Assembly: GCA_017467625.1 (NCBI GenBank)
Contig: JAFUSN010000004.1
Location: 403,963 to 467,962, forward strand
Length of the DNA stretch: 64,000 nt
Reading direction: 5' to 3'
DNA from: Clostridia bacterium
Lineage (GTDB): Bacteria; Bacillota; Clostridia; Christensenellales; UBA1242
Made by a program: the position numbers and the translations under genes
Notes under the pieces: model-generated
Seen by the model: the letters and a program-made list of their open reading frames with translations, nothing else
Told to the model about the DNA's origin: nothing
Databases searched by the model: none
Shown: in pieces, positions 47,941-55,883 of the stretch
Numbering within the stretch: the stretch's first letter is position 1
How the letters are laid out: every line of letters begins with the position of its first letter

Positions 47941-49230
47941 ATGAAGAAAAATTTTAAAGATATAGATGTTGCGGGCAAAAGAGTTTTTGTTCGCGTGGAT
48001 TTTAATGTTCCACAAAATGAAGTAGGAAAAATTACAGACGACACGAGAATTCGTGCTGCTCTTCCAACAATAAATTATTTAGTTAAACAGGGAGCTAAGG
48101 TTATTTTGTGTTCACACCTTGGTCGTCCAAAGGGTGTTGTTAATGAAAAGTATTCACTTGCACCTGTTGCAGAACGTCTTTCTGAACTTTTAAATAAAGA
48201 AGTTAAAATGGCAAAAGACGTTGTTGGACCAAGTGCAAAAGAACTTACATCAAAAATGCAAGATGGCGAAATTGTACTTCTTGAAAATGTTCGTTTCCAT
48301 GCTGAAGAGGAAGCTAATGATGATGAATTTGCAAAAGAACTTGCAAGTCTTGCTGAAGTTTATGTTAATGATGCATTTGGAACGGCTCACAGGGCGCATG
48401 CTTCAACAGCAGGAATTGCAAAATATCTTCCAGCAGTTGCAGGGTTTTTGATGGATAGTGAAATTGTTGCGCTTTCAAATGCAACAAACAATCCTGAAAA
48501 ACCAGTTGTTGCAATTTTAGGTGGTGCAAAGGTTTCTGATAAAATCAATGTTATTTTGGCACTTATGAAAAAAGCCAATGCAATTTTAATTGGTGGAGCA
48601 ATGGCAAACACATTCCTTGCAGCAAAGGGCTATAGTGTTGGTTTTTCAAAATATGAAGAAGATAAACTTGATGTGGCAAAAGAAATCATGGAGCAAGCTG
48701 AAAAACTTAATGTTAAACTTGTTTTGCCAGTTGATGTTGTTGCTGGAAGTGAATTTTCACCAACAGCAAAGCGTAAAACTTTTGCTGCAGATGCAATTGC
48801 TGATGGATATCAAGCAATGGATATTGGTAAAAAAACATGCAAACTTTTTGCGAATGAAATCAAACATGCAAAAACAGTAATTTGGAATGGACCAATGGGT
48901 GTTTTTGAATTTAAAAAATTTAGAAAGGGAACTTTGGCTGTTGCCAAAGCAGTTGCTAAAAGTAATGCAGTAAGCATTGTTGGTGGTGGTGATAGCGTTG
49001 CAGCAATCCAAGAACTTGGATTTGCCAATAAAGTTACGCATCTTTCAACAGGTGGTGGTGCAACACTTAAATTTTTAGAGGGCGCAAATCTTCCAGGTGT
49101 TGCAGTTCTTCTTGATAGAGATGAAGATAAAAAGGCTGTAAAAACCCCTGATTTTGCTGCTCGTGACAATAAAACCGTTGAAAAAGCAACAGCTAAAAAA
49201 ACACCTGCTAAAAAAGCGGCAAAAAAATAA
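47941..49230 (+). CDS. pgk: phosphoglycerate kinase with 38-aa Lys/Ala-rich C-terminal extension
   Basis: VRVDFNVP, SHLGRPKG, NDAFGTAHRAHAS, GGAKVSDKI, WNGPMGVFE, GGGDS; the tail DRDEDKKAVK...AKKTPAKKAAKK lies beyond the normal end. Confidence 0.95.
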   Translation: MKKNFKDIDVAGKRVFVRVDFNVPQNEVGKITDDTRIRAALPTINYLVKQGAKVILCSHLGRPKGVVNEKYSLAPVAERLSELLNKEVKMAKDVVGPSAKELTSKMQDGEIVLLENVRFHAEEEANDDEFAKELASLAEVYVNDAFGTAHRAHASTAGIAKYLPAVAGFLMDSEIVALSNATNNPEKPVVAILGGAKVSDKINVILALMKKANAILIGGAMANTFLAAKGYSVGFSKYEEDKLDVAKEIMEQAEKLNVKLVLPVDVVAGSEFSPTAKRKTFAADAIADGYQAMDIGKKTCKLFANEIKHAKTVIWNGPMGVFEFKKFRKGTLAVAKAVAKSNAVSIVGGGDSVAAIQELGFANKVTHLSTGGGATLKFLEGANLPGVAVLLDRDEDKKAVKTPDFAARDNKTVEKATAKKTPAKKAAKK

Positions 49231-49245
49231 GATTTTGAGGTGAAT

Positions 49246-49962
49246 ATGGAAAAACTTATAGTTGCAAACTGGAAAATGAACAATGATTTTGCAGATATTC
49301 CTGTTTTTGTTAAGTATTTAAAGAAAAATGCAAAAACAGAAAAAGGGCTTGTTGTTTGTGTTCCATCAATTATGATTAATGAATTTAGCAAACAGGCAAA
49401 AAAACTTGCTGAAACAGGTGCTGAAAACTGTTATTTTGCTGAAAAAGGTGCCTATACTGGCGAAATTTCTGCAAAAATGGTTAAGAGTGCTGGTGCAACT
49501 TATGTCATTATTGGTCATAGTGAAAGACGCCATATTTTTGGTGAAGATAATAAAATATTAAATAAAAAGCTTTCTGCCGCGCTTGTTGAAGGCCTTAAAG
49601 TTATTTTTTGTGTTGGTGAAACACTTGAAGAAAAGAGTAAATATAAGTCAGTTTTAAAGAAACAACTTGTTGAAGGTTTAAAAGGAATTCAAAATTTTGA
49701 TAATGTAATAATTGCTTATGAGCCAGTTTGGGCAATTGGGACTGGAAAAGTTGCCACAACTGCAGATATTGCGAAGGTTCATGCATACATTAAAACTGTT
49801 TTAAACGAAGAGTTTAATGTTGATCTTCCAATTCTTTATGGTGGAAGCGTAAAACCATCAAACAGTGGTGAAATTTTAGCGCTTGCTGATGTTGGAGGGG
49901 TTTTAATTGGTGGAGCTAGCTTGAAAGCTGAAGATTTTATTGCAATTGCAAAGAGCAGATAA
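49246..49962 (+). CDS. tpiA: triosephosphate isomerase
   Basis: ANWKMN, IGHSERR, YEPVWAIGTG, YGGSV; ATG 49246 behind GAGGTG. Confidence 0.95.
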   Translation: MEKLIVANWKMNNDFADIPVFVKYLKKNAKTEKGLVVCVPSIMINEFSKQAKKLAETGAENCYFAEKGAYTGEISAKMVKSAGATYVIIGHSERRHIFGEDNKILNKKLSAALVEGLKVIFCVGETLEEKSKYKSVLKKQLVEGLKGIQNFDNVIIAYEPVWAIGTGKVATTADIAKVHAYIKTVLNEEFNVDLPILYGGSVKPSNSGEILALADVGGVLIGGASLKAEDFIAIAKSR

Positions 49963-49976
49963 TTTAGGAGATTAAA

Positions 49977-50204
49977 ATGAGAGAGTTTGTTCAAATGTTT
50001 TTGATTTTGGCTCAAACATCAACTGAAAAAACTATGACCATTTTGGGTGTCACATTTTTTGGTGTGTTTCTCTTTTATTTAATTTTGGATTCTCTCATCA
50101 AGGGAAAACTTGTTCCTAAAAAGGGGCCAATTCGTAGTTTTTTGATATATTTGTTTATTTTGGTTATCATTGCAATTATATTGCTGTTAATTTATTATAA
50201 ATAA
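49977..50204 (+). CDS. small 2-TM membrane protein
   Basis: 75 aa; AGGAG SD; two hydrophobic helices. Confidence 0.55.
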   Translation: MREFVQMFLILAQTSTEKTMTILGVTFFGVFLFYLILDSLIKGKLVPKKGPIRSFLIYLFILVIIAIILLLIYYK

Positions 50205-50257
50205 CACTTGAAATTTATATTTAATGTATGTTATAATTTGCCTTGCTAGGAGGAGTC

Positions 50258-50581
50258 ATGTTTAATTTTGTTAACTTAATTTGTGCTGATGAGCAAACTG
50301 GAGTTGCTGATTGGATTGTAAAATCTTTCCCAATAATTGAAATTGTTATTATGTGTTTGTTGCTTGTTCTTTCAATCGCAATGATAATTTTAACCATTAT
50401 GCAAAAATCAAACACCAATGGTGTTTCTGCAATTTCTGGTCAGTCAGACACTTTTTATAATAGAAATAAGGGTGCAACACTCCAAGGAAAAGTTAAAACT
50501 TTAACAATCATCACAGCGGTTTTAATTTTTGTTTTGGTAATTGTATTTTTAGTTCTTTCAAGAATTTATCGTCCATGGTAA
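50258..50581 (+). CDS. secG: preprotein translocase subunit SecG (with N-terminal extension)
   Basis: LLLVLSIAMIILTIMQKS..G.SAISG......K...L.K.T.I.AVLIFVL aligns by eye with Bacillus SecG; AGGAGG SD before ATG 50258. Confidence 0.8.
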   Translation: MFNFVNLICADEQTGVADWIVKSFPIIEIVIMCLLLVLSIAMIILTIMQKSNTNGVSAISGQSDTFYNRNKGATLQGKVKTLTIITAVLIFVLVIVFLVLSRIYRPW

Positions 50582-50584
50582 ATC

Positions 50585-50610
50585 AAACGCAGAGTAATCT
50601 GCGTTTTTTT
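50585..50610 (+). terminator. intrinsic terminator
   Basis: aaacgcag/ctgcgttt stem followed by T run. Confidence 0.85.
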
Positions 50611-50661
50611 ATGCATATTTTTATTATTTATTGCAAATCATATTATTAAAGGAGAAAAGGT

Positions 50662-50886
50662 ATGGTTGTAATAAATATTATAGCACTTTGCATTTTAATT
50701 CTTGGTTCAATAAACTGGTTTACAGTAGGCGTTTTTTCGTGGAATTTGCTTGCATGGATTTTTGGCGCAGGGATCTTCATTAGAATTTTATATGCAATTG
50801 TGGGTATTGCTGGAATTTGGCTTTTAATTCAACTAATTGTTAGAAGAACCAGACTCTTTGGCAGAGATGAAACCACAATAAAATAA
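50662..50886 (+). CDS. DUF378-family small membrane protein
   Basis: LGSINWFTVGVFSWNLLAWIFG...YAIVGIAG matches the DUF378 (YuzA-like) pattern. Confidence 0.8.
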   Translation: MVVINIIALCILILGSINWFTVGVFSWNLLAWIFGAGIFIRILYAIVGIAGIWLLIQLIVRRTRLFGRDETTIK

Positions 50887-50916
50887 AAAGATTGGATTTA
50901 CCAATCTTTTTATTTT
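50886..50916 (+). terminator. intrinsic terminator
   Basis: aaaagattgg/ccaatctttt stem followed by T run. Confidence 0.85.
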
Positions 50917-50943
50917 GACATTTGCCGTTTTTAAAGATATACT
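50915..50943 (+). promoter_or_regulatory. promoter TTGACA-17-TATACT
   Basis: TTGACA 50915-50920; TATACT 50938-50943. Confidence 0.6.
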
Positions 50944-50989
50944 GATTATACATATACTTGCTAGAAATTTAGTTTAAGTGAGGAAAAAT

Positions 50990-51547
50990 ATGATAATCAC
51001 AATGACTGGAAGACCATGCAGCGGCAAAAGTGTTATTATTGAATATCTTGTTGCAAACCATGGTTTTAAAAGGTTTAGTGCGGGTGAAATTTATAGGAGA
51101 GTTGCGCAGGAGCGGGGCATAGATGTTTTAGACTTAAATCGACTTCATGATTATTCTGTTGACAAGCTTGTTGATAGTGAAATAATTAAGTATGCAAAAC
51201 AGCATTTTGAAGAAGATATAATTTTTGATAGTAGAATTGCTTGGCATTTTGTGCCTGAATCATTCAAGGTGTATGTTGATGTTGATGATGATGAGCAGGT
51301 TAGAAGATTTTTAAATGTTCACCGTGATACAGAAATTACAAATGTTTCACCTGAAGAAGCAAAAAAACGCCTTGATGAAAGATGGAAACTTGAAAATGAC
51401 AGATATATGGATATGTATGGTTTCAACAATCTTGATAAGTCGCAATATGACCTTGTAATAAACAACACAACTTCAACTGTTGAAGAGTCTGCTGAAAAAA
51501 TTTATAACGGGTATCTTCAATATGTAAAATCCAGGGAAAATAACTAA
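50990..51547 (+). CDS. cmk: cytidylate kinase, archaeal-like type 2
   Basis: MIITMTGRPCSGKS P-loop, FSAGEIYRRVAQERG, ..YDLVINNT.. resemble short type-2 CMP kinases; ATG 50990 behind GAGGAA. Confidence 0.6.
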   Translation: MIITMTGRPCSGKSVIIEYLVANHGFKRFSAGEIYRRVAQERGIDVLDLNRLHDYSVDKLVDSEIIKYAKQHFEEDIIFDSRIAWHFVPESFKVYVDVDDDEQVRRFLNVHRDTEITNVSPEEAKKRLDERWKLENDRYMDMYGFNNLDKSQYDLVINNTTSTVEESAEKIYNGYLQYVKSRENN

Positions 51548-51555
51548 AAAATAAA

Positions 51556-51591
51556 CAAAAAATCCACTAAAAATGGATTTTTTATTTTTTT
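51556..51591 (+). terminator. intrinsic terminator
   Basis: aaaatcca/tggatttt stem followed by long T run. Confidence 0.8.
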
Positions 51592-51655
51592 GCAAATATT
51601 TTTATTTTTTAATTAATTATTTTTTAATTTTTAAATAGTTTTAACTATTTATTGT

Positions 51656-51684
51656 TTGACCTGCACAAAAGTTTTTACTATAAT
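51656..51684 (+). promoter_or_regulatory. promoter TTGACC-17-TATAAT preceded by A/T-tract UP-like region
   Basis: TTGACC 51656-51661; TATAAT 51679-51684; phased A/T tracts across 51590-51650. Confidence 0.6.
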
Positions 51685-51713
51685 GAAAGGGTAAAATAGA
51701 GTAGGAGTGGAAT

Positions 51714-53318
51714 ATGGCAAAGTATGTTATTGTTGTTGGTAGTTCAGTAACAAATGTTGGGAAAGGTGTAATTGTTGGAAGTCTTGGAAGGCTTTTTAAA
51801 AATAGAGGACTTAAAGTTGATGTTTTAAAATTTGATCCTTGCTTGAATGTGGATTTTGGTACAATGAGCCCATATCAACATGGTGAGGTTTTTGTTACAA
51901 ATGATGGAACAGATTGCGACCTTGATATTGGCCATTATGAAAGATTTTTAGATGTTGCACTTTCAAAGGAAAATAATGTTACTGTTGGAAGGCTTTTCAC
52001 AGATGTTATTAACAAAGAAAGGCAGGGAAAGTATGTTGGAGCAAGTGTGCAATCAATTCCTCATGTTTCAGCAGAAGCTAAAGAACATATGCTTGCTTTA
52101 GGAAACACCGATGCTGATATTGTTTTGGTTGAAGTTGGTGGAACATTAAATGATTCAGAAACATCAATTTTGCTTGATGCAGTTAGAACACTTCGAACTG
52201 AAGTTGGAACTCAAAATGTATTTATAGTTTTGGCTGACATTTTGCCAAGAATTGAAGTTATTCATGAAAATAAAGTTGAAGCACTTCAAACATCTGTTAA
52301 GCTTTTAAATGTTTTGGGGCTTCAACCAAATGCACTTGTTTGCAGAACAAAAAGTAATGTTAAATTTACTGATGATGTTAAAGCAAGAATTGCAAGACGT
52401 TGCTATTTAAATGGTGCGGAATATGTTATTCAAGAGCCAGATGTTGAAACAATTTATGAGGTTCCACTTACTTTCCAAGCTCAAGGCTTTGATAGTTTAA
52501 TATTGAAATATTTTGGAATAAAGGAAAATCCAATTGATTTAAATTCTTGGCAATTTATGGTTAATAATTTTAAATCAAATTATCAAGAACTTAGAGTTTG
52601 CATTGTTGGAAAATACACAAAGGTTCCTGACGCCTACATTTCAGTTGAAGAAGCAATTCGTCATGCGGCATCATTTAACCATGTTAAAGCGAAAGTTGAT
52701 TTGATTGATGCTGAAGATATTGAGGAGTTTGGTGTTGATAGGTTCTTGAGAGGCGCAAAAGCAATTATTGTTCCATCTGGCTGGGGAAATAGAGGTGTTG
52801 ATGGAATGATTAAGGCAATTGGATATGCTCGTGAGAATAAAATTCCATATCTTGGAATTAACTATGGCATGGAACTTGCTGCTATTGAGTTTGCAAGGAA
52901 TGTTATGGGAATTAAAGGAGCCAACACAACAGAAGTTGATCCTCAAACTGAATTTCCAGTTATTGATATCATGGAAGAACAGAAAAAACTTGTTTTAAAT
53001 GGAAAAACCATGAGAGTTGGTGCATTTAATTGTGCTCTTGATCCAAACTCAATGTCTGCAAAACTCTATGGAAGTGAACTTATTTCAGAGAGACATAGAC
53101 ACAGATATGAGTTTAACAGTGCATTTTATGAAAGGTTTGAGAAGGAAGGAATGGTTGTTGCCGGAATGAATCCAGAAACAAAATTGGTTGAAATTTTGGA
53201 ACTTAAAAATCATCCATTCTTTATTGGAACAATATTTGTTCCTGAAATGCTCTCACGTCCAAATAAGCCACACCCATTATTTTTAGGACTTTTGAATGCA
53301 GCAAAAAGCGTTAGGTAG
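51714..53318 (+). CDS. CTP synthase-like protein with non-canonical (apparently inactive) glutamine amidotransferase domain
   Basis: Full-length PyrG architecture (GTMSPYQHGEVFVT, DIGHYERF, GKY..PDAYIS, ERHRHRYEFN). GICLGMQ is replaced by GINYGME, FHPEF by FVPEM, PGGFG by PSGWG, and KTKPTQH by KVEALQT. Confidence 0.85.
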   Translation: MAKYVIVVGSSVTNVGKGVIVGSLGRLFKNRGLKVDVLKFDPCLNVDFGTMSPYQHGEVFVTNDGTDCDLDIGHYERFLDVALSKENNVTVGRLFTDVINKERQGKYVGASVQSIPHVSAEAKEHMLALGNTDADIVLVEVGGTLNDSETSILLDAVRTLRTEVGTQNVFIVLADILPRIEVIHENKVEALQTSVKLLNVLGLQPNALVCRTKSNVKFTDDVKARIARRCYLNGAEYVIQEPDVETIYEVPLTFQAQGFDSLILKYFGIKENPIDLNSWQFMVNNFKSNYQELRVCIVGKYTKVPDAYISVEEAIRHAASFNHVKAKVDLIDAEDIEEFGVDRFLRGAKAIIVPSGWGNRGVDGMIKAIGYARENKIPYLGINYGMELAAIEFARNVMGIKGANTTEVDPQTEFPVIDIMEEQKKLVLNGKTMRVGAFNCALDPNSMSAKLYGSELISERHRHRYEFNSAFYERFEKEGMVVAGMNPETKLVEILELKNHPFFIGTIFVPEMLSRPNKPHPLFLGLLNAAKSVR

Positions 53319-53364
53319 TTTGCTAAAATAATTTATATTTTTGAATTTTATATTTTGTAAAATA

Positions 53365-53397
53365 AAACACTCTAGCTTAAAAAGCAGAGTGTTTTTT
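53365..53397 (+). terminator. intrinsic terminator
   Basis: aaaacactct/agagtgtttt 10-bp stem followed by T run. Confidence 0.85.
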
Positions 53398-53510
53398 ATG
53401 TAATTGGTATATTTTAGGCATTATTCCGTAAATTTGTAGAGTTTTTTTTGTAAAAATAAATTTAATTTTTTATGCAATATGATAAAATATTTTTGTAAGC
53501 GGAGGTTGAT

Positions 53511-54116
53511 ATGGATTATAACAAAATTGGTAATTTTATAGCAGTTGAAAGAAAATCTCAAAAAATGACGCAGGCGAAGCTCGCAGAAAAACTTTTTGTG
53601 AGCGAAAAAACAGTTTCAAAGTGGGAAAATGGCAACGGCCTTCCCGATACAAATATTTTGCCAAAATTGTGTGAAATTTTAAATGTTAGTTTAAATGAAC
53701 TCTTGAGTGGAGAAAAAAATATTAGCGAACACGACAAACAAAATGACAAACTTTTACTTGGAATTACACAGGAATTAGAACAAAAAAATAAAATCATTTG
53801 GCTTTCAATGTGGGTGATAATGATTGTGAGCATGACGGCACTTTTTGCTGGACTTTTGATTGCTGCTTTTTTGATTCCTAATGGAATTTGGCAGATTGTA
53901 ACAATTGTTGGAGTTTGTATTATATTTTTAATCCCTTGTTTTTATGCACTTAAACTTGAAGTAAGTGTGGGTGTGTATAGATGTAAAAATTGTGGATGTG
54001 AAATCGTTCCAACTTATTTTGATGCATTAAAGGCAATGCATATGGGAACAACCCGCTATTTAAAGTGCCCTAAGTGTAATAGGCACACATGGTGCAAAAA
54101 GATTTTAAAGAAATAA
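53511..54116 (+). CDS. XRE-type HTH domain + 2 TM helices + C-terminal CxxC..CxxC zinc ribbon
   Basis: MTQAKLAEKLFVSEKTVSKWENGNGLPD HTH; two hydrophobic helices; YRCKNCGC...KCPKCN; GGAGG SD. Confidence 0.8.
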   Translation: MDYNKIGNFIAVERKSQKMTQAKLAEKLFVSEKTVSKWENGNGLPDTNILPKLCEILNVSLNELLSGEKNISEHDKQNDKLLLGITQELEQKNKIIWLSMWVIMIVSMTALFAGLLIAAFLIPNGIWQIVTIVGVCIIFLIPCFYALKLEVSVGVYRCKNCGCEIVPTYFDALKAMHMGTTRYLKCPKCNRHTWCKKILKK

Positions 54117-54140
54117 ATTTTTATGTGTTAATTCTTCAAT

Positions 54141-54176
54141 AAAAAATCCAAGAACAGTTATTCTTGGATTTTTTTA
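54141..54176. terminator. bidirectional terminator between convergent genes
   Basis: aaaaaatccaagaa/ttcttggatttttt 14-bp stem flanked by A and T runs. Confidence 0.85.
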
Positions 54177-54183
54177 TTTAAAT

Positions 54184-55029
54184 TTATTGTTCTCTTTTGA
54201 TTGCAATCATGTGAACTCTGTTCATATCAGAAATGTTTGAAATAGGGGAGAAATTGGCATCTGTGGTAATTAAATAACGATAGCCCGAAGATTTTATTGC
54301 ATTAACAAATTCTTGGTTTTCAAAGAAGTATTCAATGGTAATATTTTCAGTTCTTTTGAATTTTGAATCATAGTTTGAAATGCTATATTCTTTTTCAGTT
54401 GTTGATTTGTTATTTGGATTTATGTTTATATAGTAGATATCAGCAATTTCAGTTTTTGAAACACCATCAGATGTTACGCTTTTAATGTAGTCAAGTTTAT
54501 CACTTTCACTGTATGTAACTTCATTCCAATATTGAAGTTTTCTTTTTGTGTAATAATCAAATATAAAAATTCCACCATCATTTAAATGATTGTAAACATT
54601 TGTGAAAAATTGTTGAACTTCTTCAATTGAAGAAAGGTAGTTAACTACATCATGGTTACATGAAATCAAATCATATTTTCCTATTTTATCAAAATCATTG
54701 AGGGAACTTTGTTTAATGAAGTTCATGTTTCTGTGTTTTTGTTTATTATATTCAATATAACTGTCCAAAACTTCAGTTCCAGTGCAGGTTTTTCCATTTT
54801 CTTCCATAATGCTTAAAAAGTTGCCTGAACCGCAGTAAATATCAAGTACTGTATTAATTTTAAGACCTTGATTTTTTGCAAAGGTTAAAACTTTTTTTGC
54901 AATTCCTTCAGAATATCCACCTTGGTTTTCATTCCATGCAATTGCAAAAGATTTATCTTGATCAAGGGAAGTGTTTTCAATTAATTCATCATCATTTTCA
55001 AGTTCCAAACCCATTTGTTTTTCTTCCAT
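54184..55029 (-). CDS. class I SAM-dependent methyltransferase, YqeM-like
   Basis: Motif I VLDIYCGSGNF; CNHDVVNYL; GGIFIFDYYTK; ATG 55029 behind AGGAGGA, 1 nt after the upstream stop. Confidence 0.8.
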   Translation of the reverse strand: MEEKQMGLELENDDELIENTSLDQDKSFAIAWNENQGGYSEGIAKKVLTFAKNQGLKINTVLDIYCGSGNFLSIMEENGKTCTGTEVLDSYIEYNKQKHRNMNFIKQSSLNDFDKIGKYDLISCNHDVVNYLSSIEEVQQFFTNVYNHLNDGGIFIFDYYTKRKLQYWNEVTYSESDKLDYIKSVTSDGVSKTEIADIYYININPNNKSTTEKEYSISNYDSKFKRTENITIEYFFENQEFVNAIKSSGYRYLITTDANFSPISNISDMNRVHMIAIKREQ

Positions 55030-55030
55030 G

Positions 55031-55765
55031 TTATTTCCTCCTTGCAATTACATAAATTCTTTCAACCCCATTTGTTGATGAAAGTGGATTTAAGTTTTTA
55101 TCAACAAGTTGAACATTTTTCAAACCACATTTTTTGAGTGCTGCAACAATTTGGTCAGTTTCATAATATGACTCAACCATGATGTCACGAGTTTTAATCA
55201 TGTAATTTTGATAATTTATGTAATAAGTGTAGTTAATAACAGTCTTGTCATAAAGTCCGGATGAAACATTTGTTAAACAGTCAAGCCAACTTGAAGAGGT
55301 AAATGTTGTTTCGTTCCAATTTTGAAGTTTATCTTTTGTATAGAAGTCAAAAATAAACATTCCATGACCGTTTAAATGTTTTGTTACATTTTTGAAAAAA
55401 TCAACCCATTCATCAAATGTTTCAAGATAGTTAACAATATCGTGAGTGCAGGTAACAAGGTCAACTTTTCCTCTCATAGGAATTTCATTAATACTTTTTG
55501 TTAAATAATAGGTTATTTCAGGATATTTTTCTTTAGAATATTCATACATTCCTTGTCTTGTTTCGGTTCCGAAACATTTTAAACCATTATCTTTCAAATA
55601 CCCTAAGAGGTTTGAAGAACCAAAGTCAATATCAAGAACAGATGAAAGTTTAATTTTGTTTTCTTCTGCATAATTTAAAATTCTTTCCGCAACGCCTTGA
55701 GCAATGTTGCCTTGATGATTGTCCCATGCTCTTGCAAAATCTACACTAACTTGTTGTGAATCCAT
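55031..55765 (-). CDS. YqeM-like methyltransferase paralog with degenerate motif I
   Basis: Same fold pattern (CTHDIVNYL, GMFIFDFYTK) but motif I reads VLDIDFGSSNL; ATG 55765 behind AGGAG and downstream of TGCTATAAT. Confidence 0.75.
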   Translation of the reverse strand: MDSQQVSVDFARAWDNHQGNIAQGVAERILNYAEENKIKLSSVLDIDFGSSNLLGYLKDNGLKCFGTETRQGMYEYSKEKYPEITYYLTKSINEIPMRGKVDLVTCTHDIVNYLETFDEWVDFFKNVTKHLNGHGMFIFDFYTKDKLQNWNETTFTSSSWLDCLTNVSSGLYDKTVINYTYYINYQNYMIKTRDIMVESYYETDQIVAALKKCGLKNVQLVDKNLNPLSSTNGVERIYVIARRK

Positions 55766-55796
55766 ATTTGCTCCTAATTTTTCATTTTCTAAATTC

Positions 55797-55805
55797 ATTA
55801 TAGCA
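55797..55805 (-). promoter_or_regulatory. extended -10 (TGCTATAAT) for the methyltransferase pair
   Basis: Reverse complement of attatagca; about 25 nt upstream of the AGGAG SD; preceded by an A9 tract. Confidence 0.55.
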
Positions 55806-55849
55806 TAGTAATTTTTTTTTAAAAACAAATTTTGATTAGTTTTTTCTAT

Positions 55850-55877
55850 TTGTAATTTTTTTTGAAAACATTATACT
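55850..55877 (+). promoter_or_regulatory. promoter TTGTAA-16-TATACT placed 6 nt before the dinB ATG (leaderless configuration)
   Basis: TTGTAA 55850-55855; TATACT 55872-55877; ATG 55884; no SD. Confidence 0.5.
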
Positions 55878-55883
55878 AGAATT

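Noticed and set aside
48810-49391. 193-aa minus-strand ORF
   Set aside because: It is entirely antisense to the well-conserved pgk and tpiA coding sequences, has low complexity and no SD. It is a typical shadow ORF.
51685-51713. pyrG-type reiterative-transcription attenuator
   Set aside because: The leader is only about 25 nt and contains the SD. There is no terminator or antiterminator hairpin between the promoter and the ATG.
53355-53465. TGTAAA(A)TAAA-like motifs shared between the two XRE-gene upstream regions (also at 21798 and 21844)
   Set aside because: The motif is short and extremely AT-rich in an AT-rich genome. Similar strings occur elsewhere (for example near 1962 and 62124), so chance cannot be excluded.
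55829-55883. LexA/SOS box upstream of dinB
   Set aside because: No GAAC-N4-GTTC or CGAAC..GTTCG-like palindrome is present in the divergent intergenic region.
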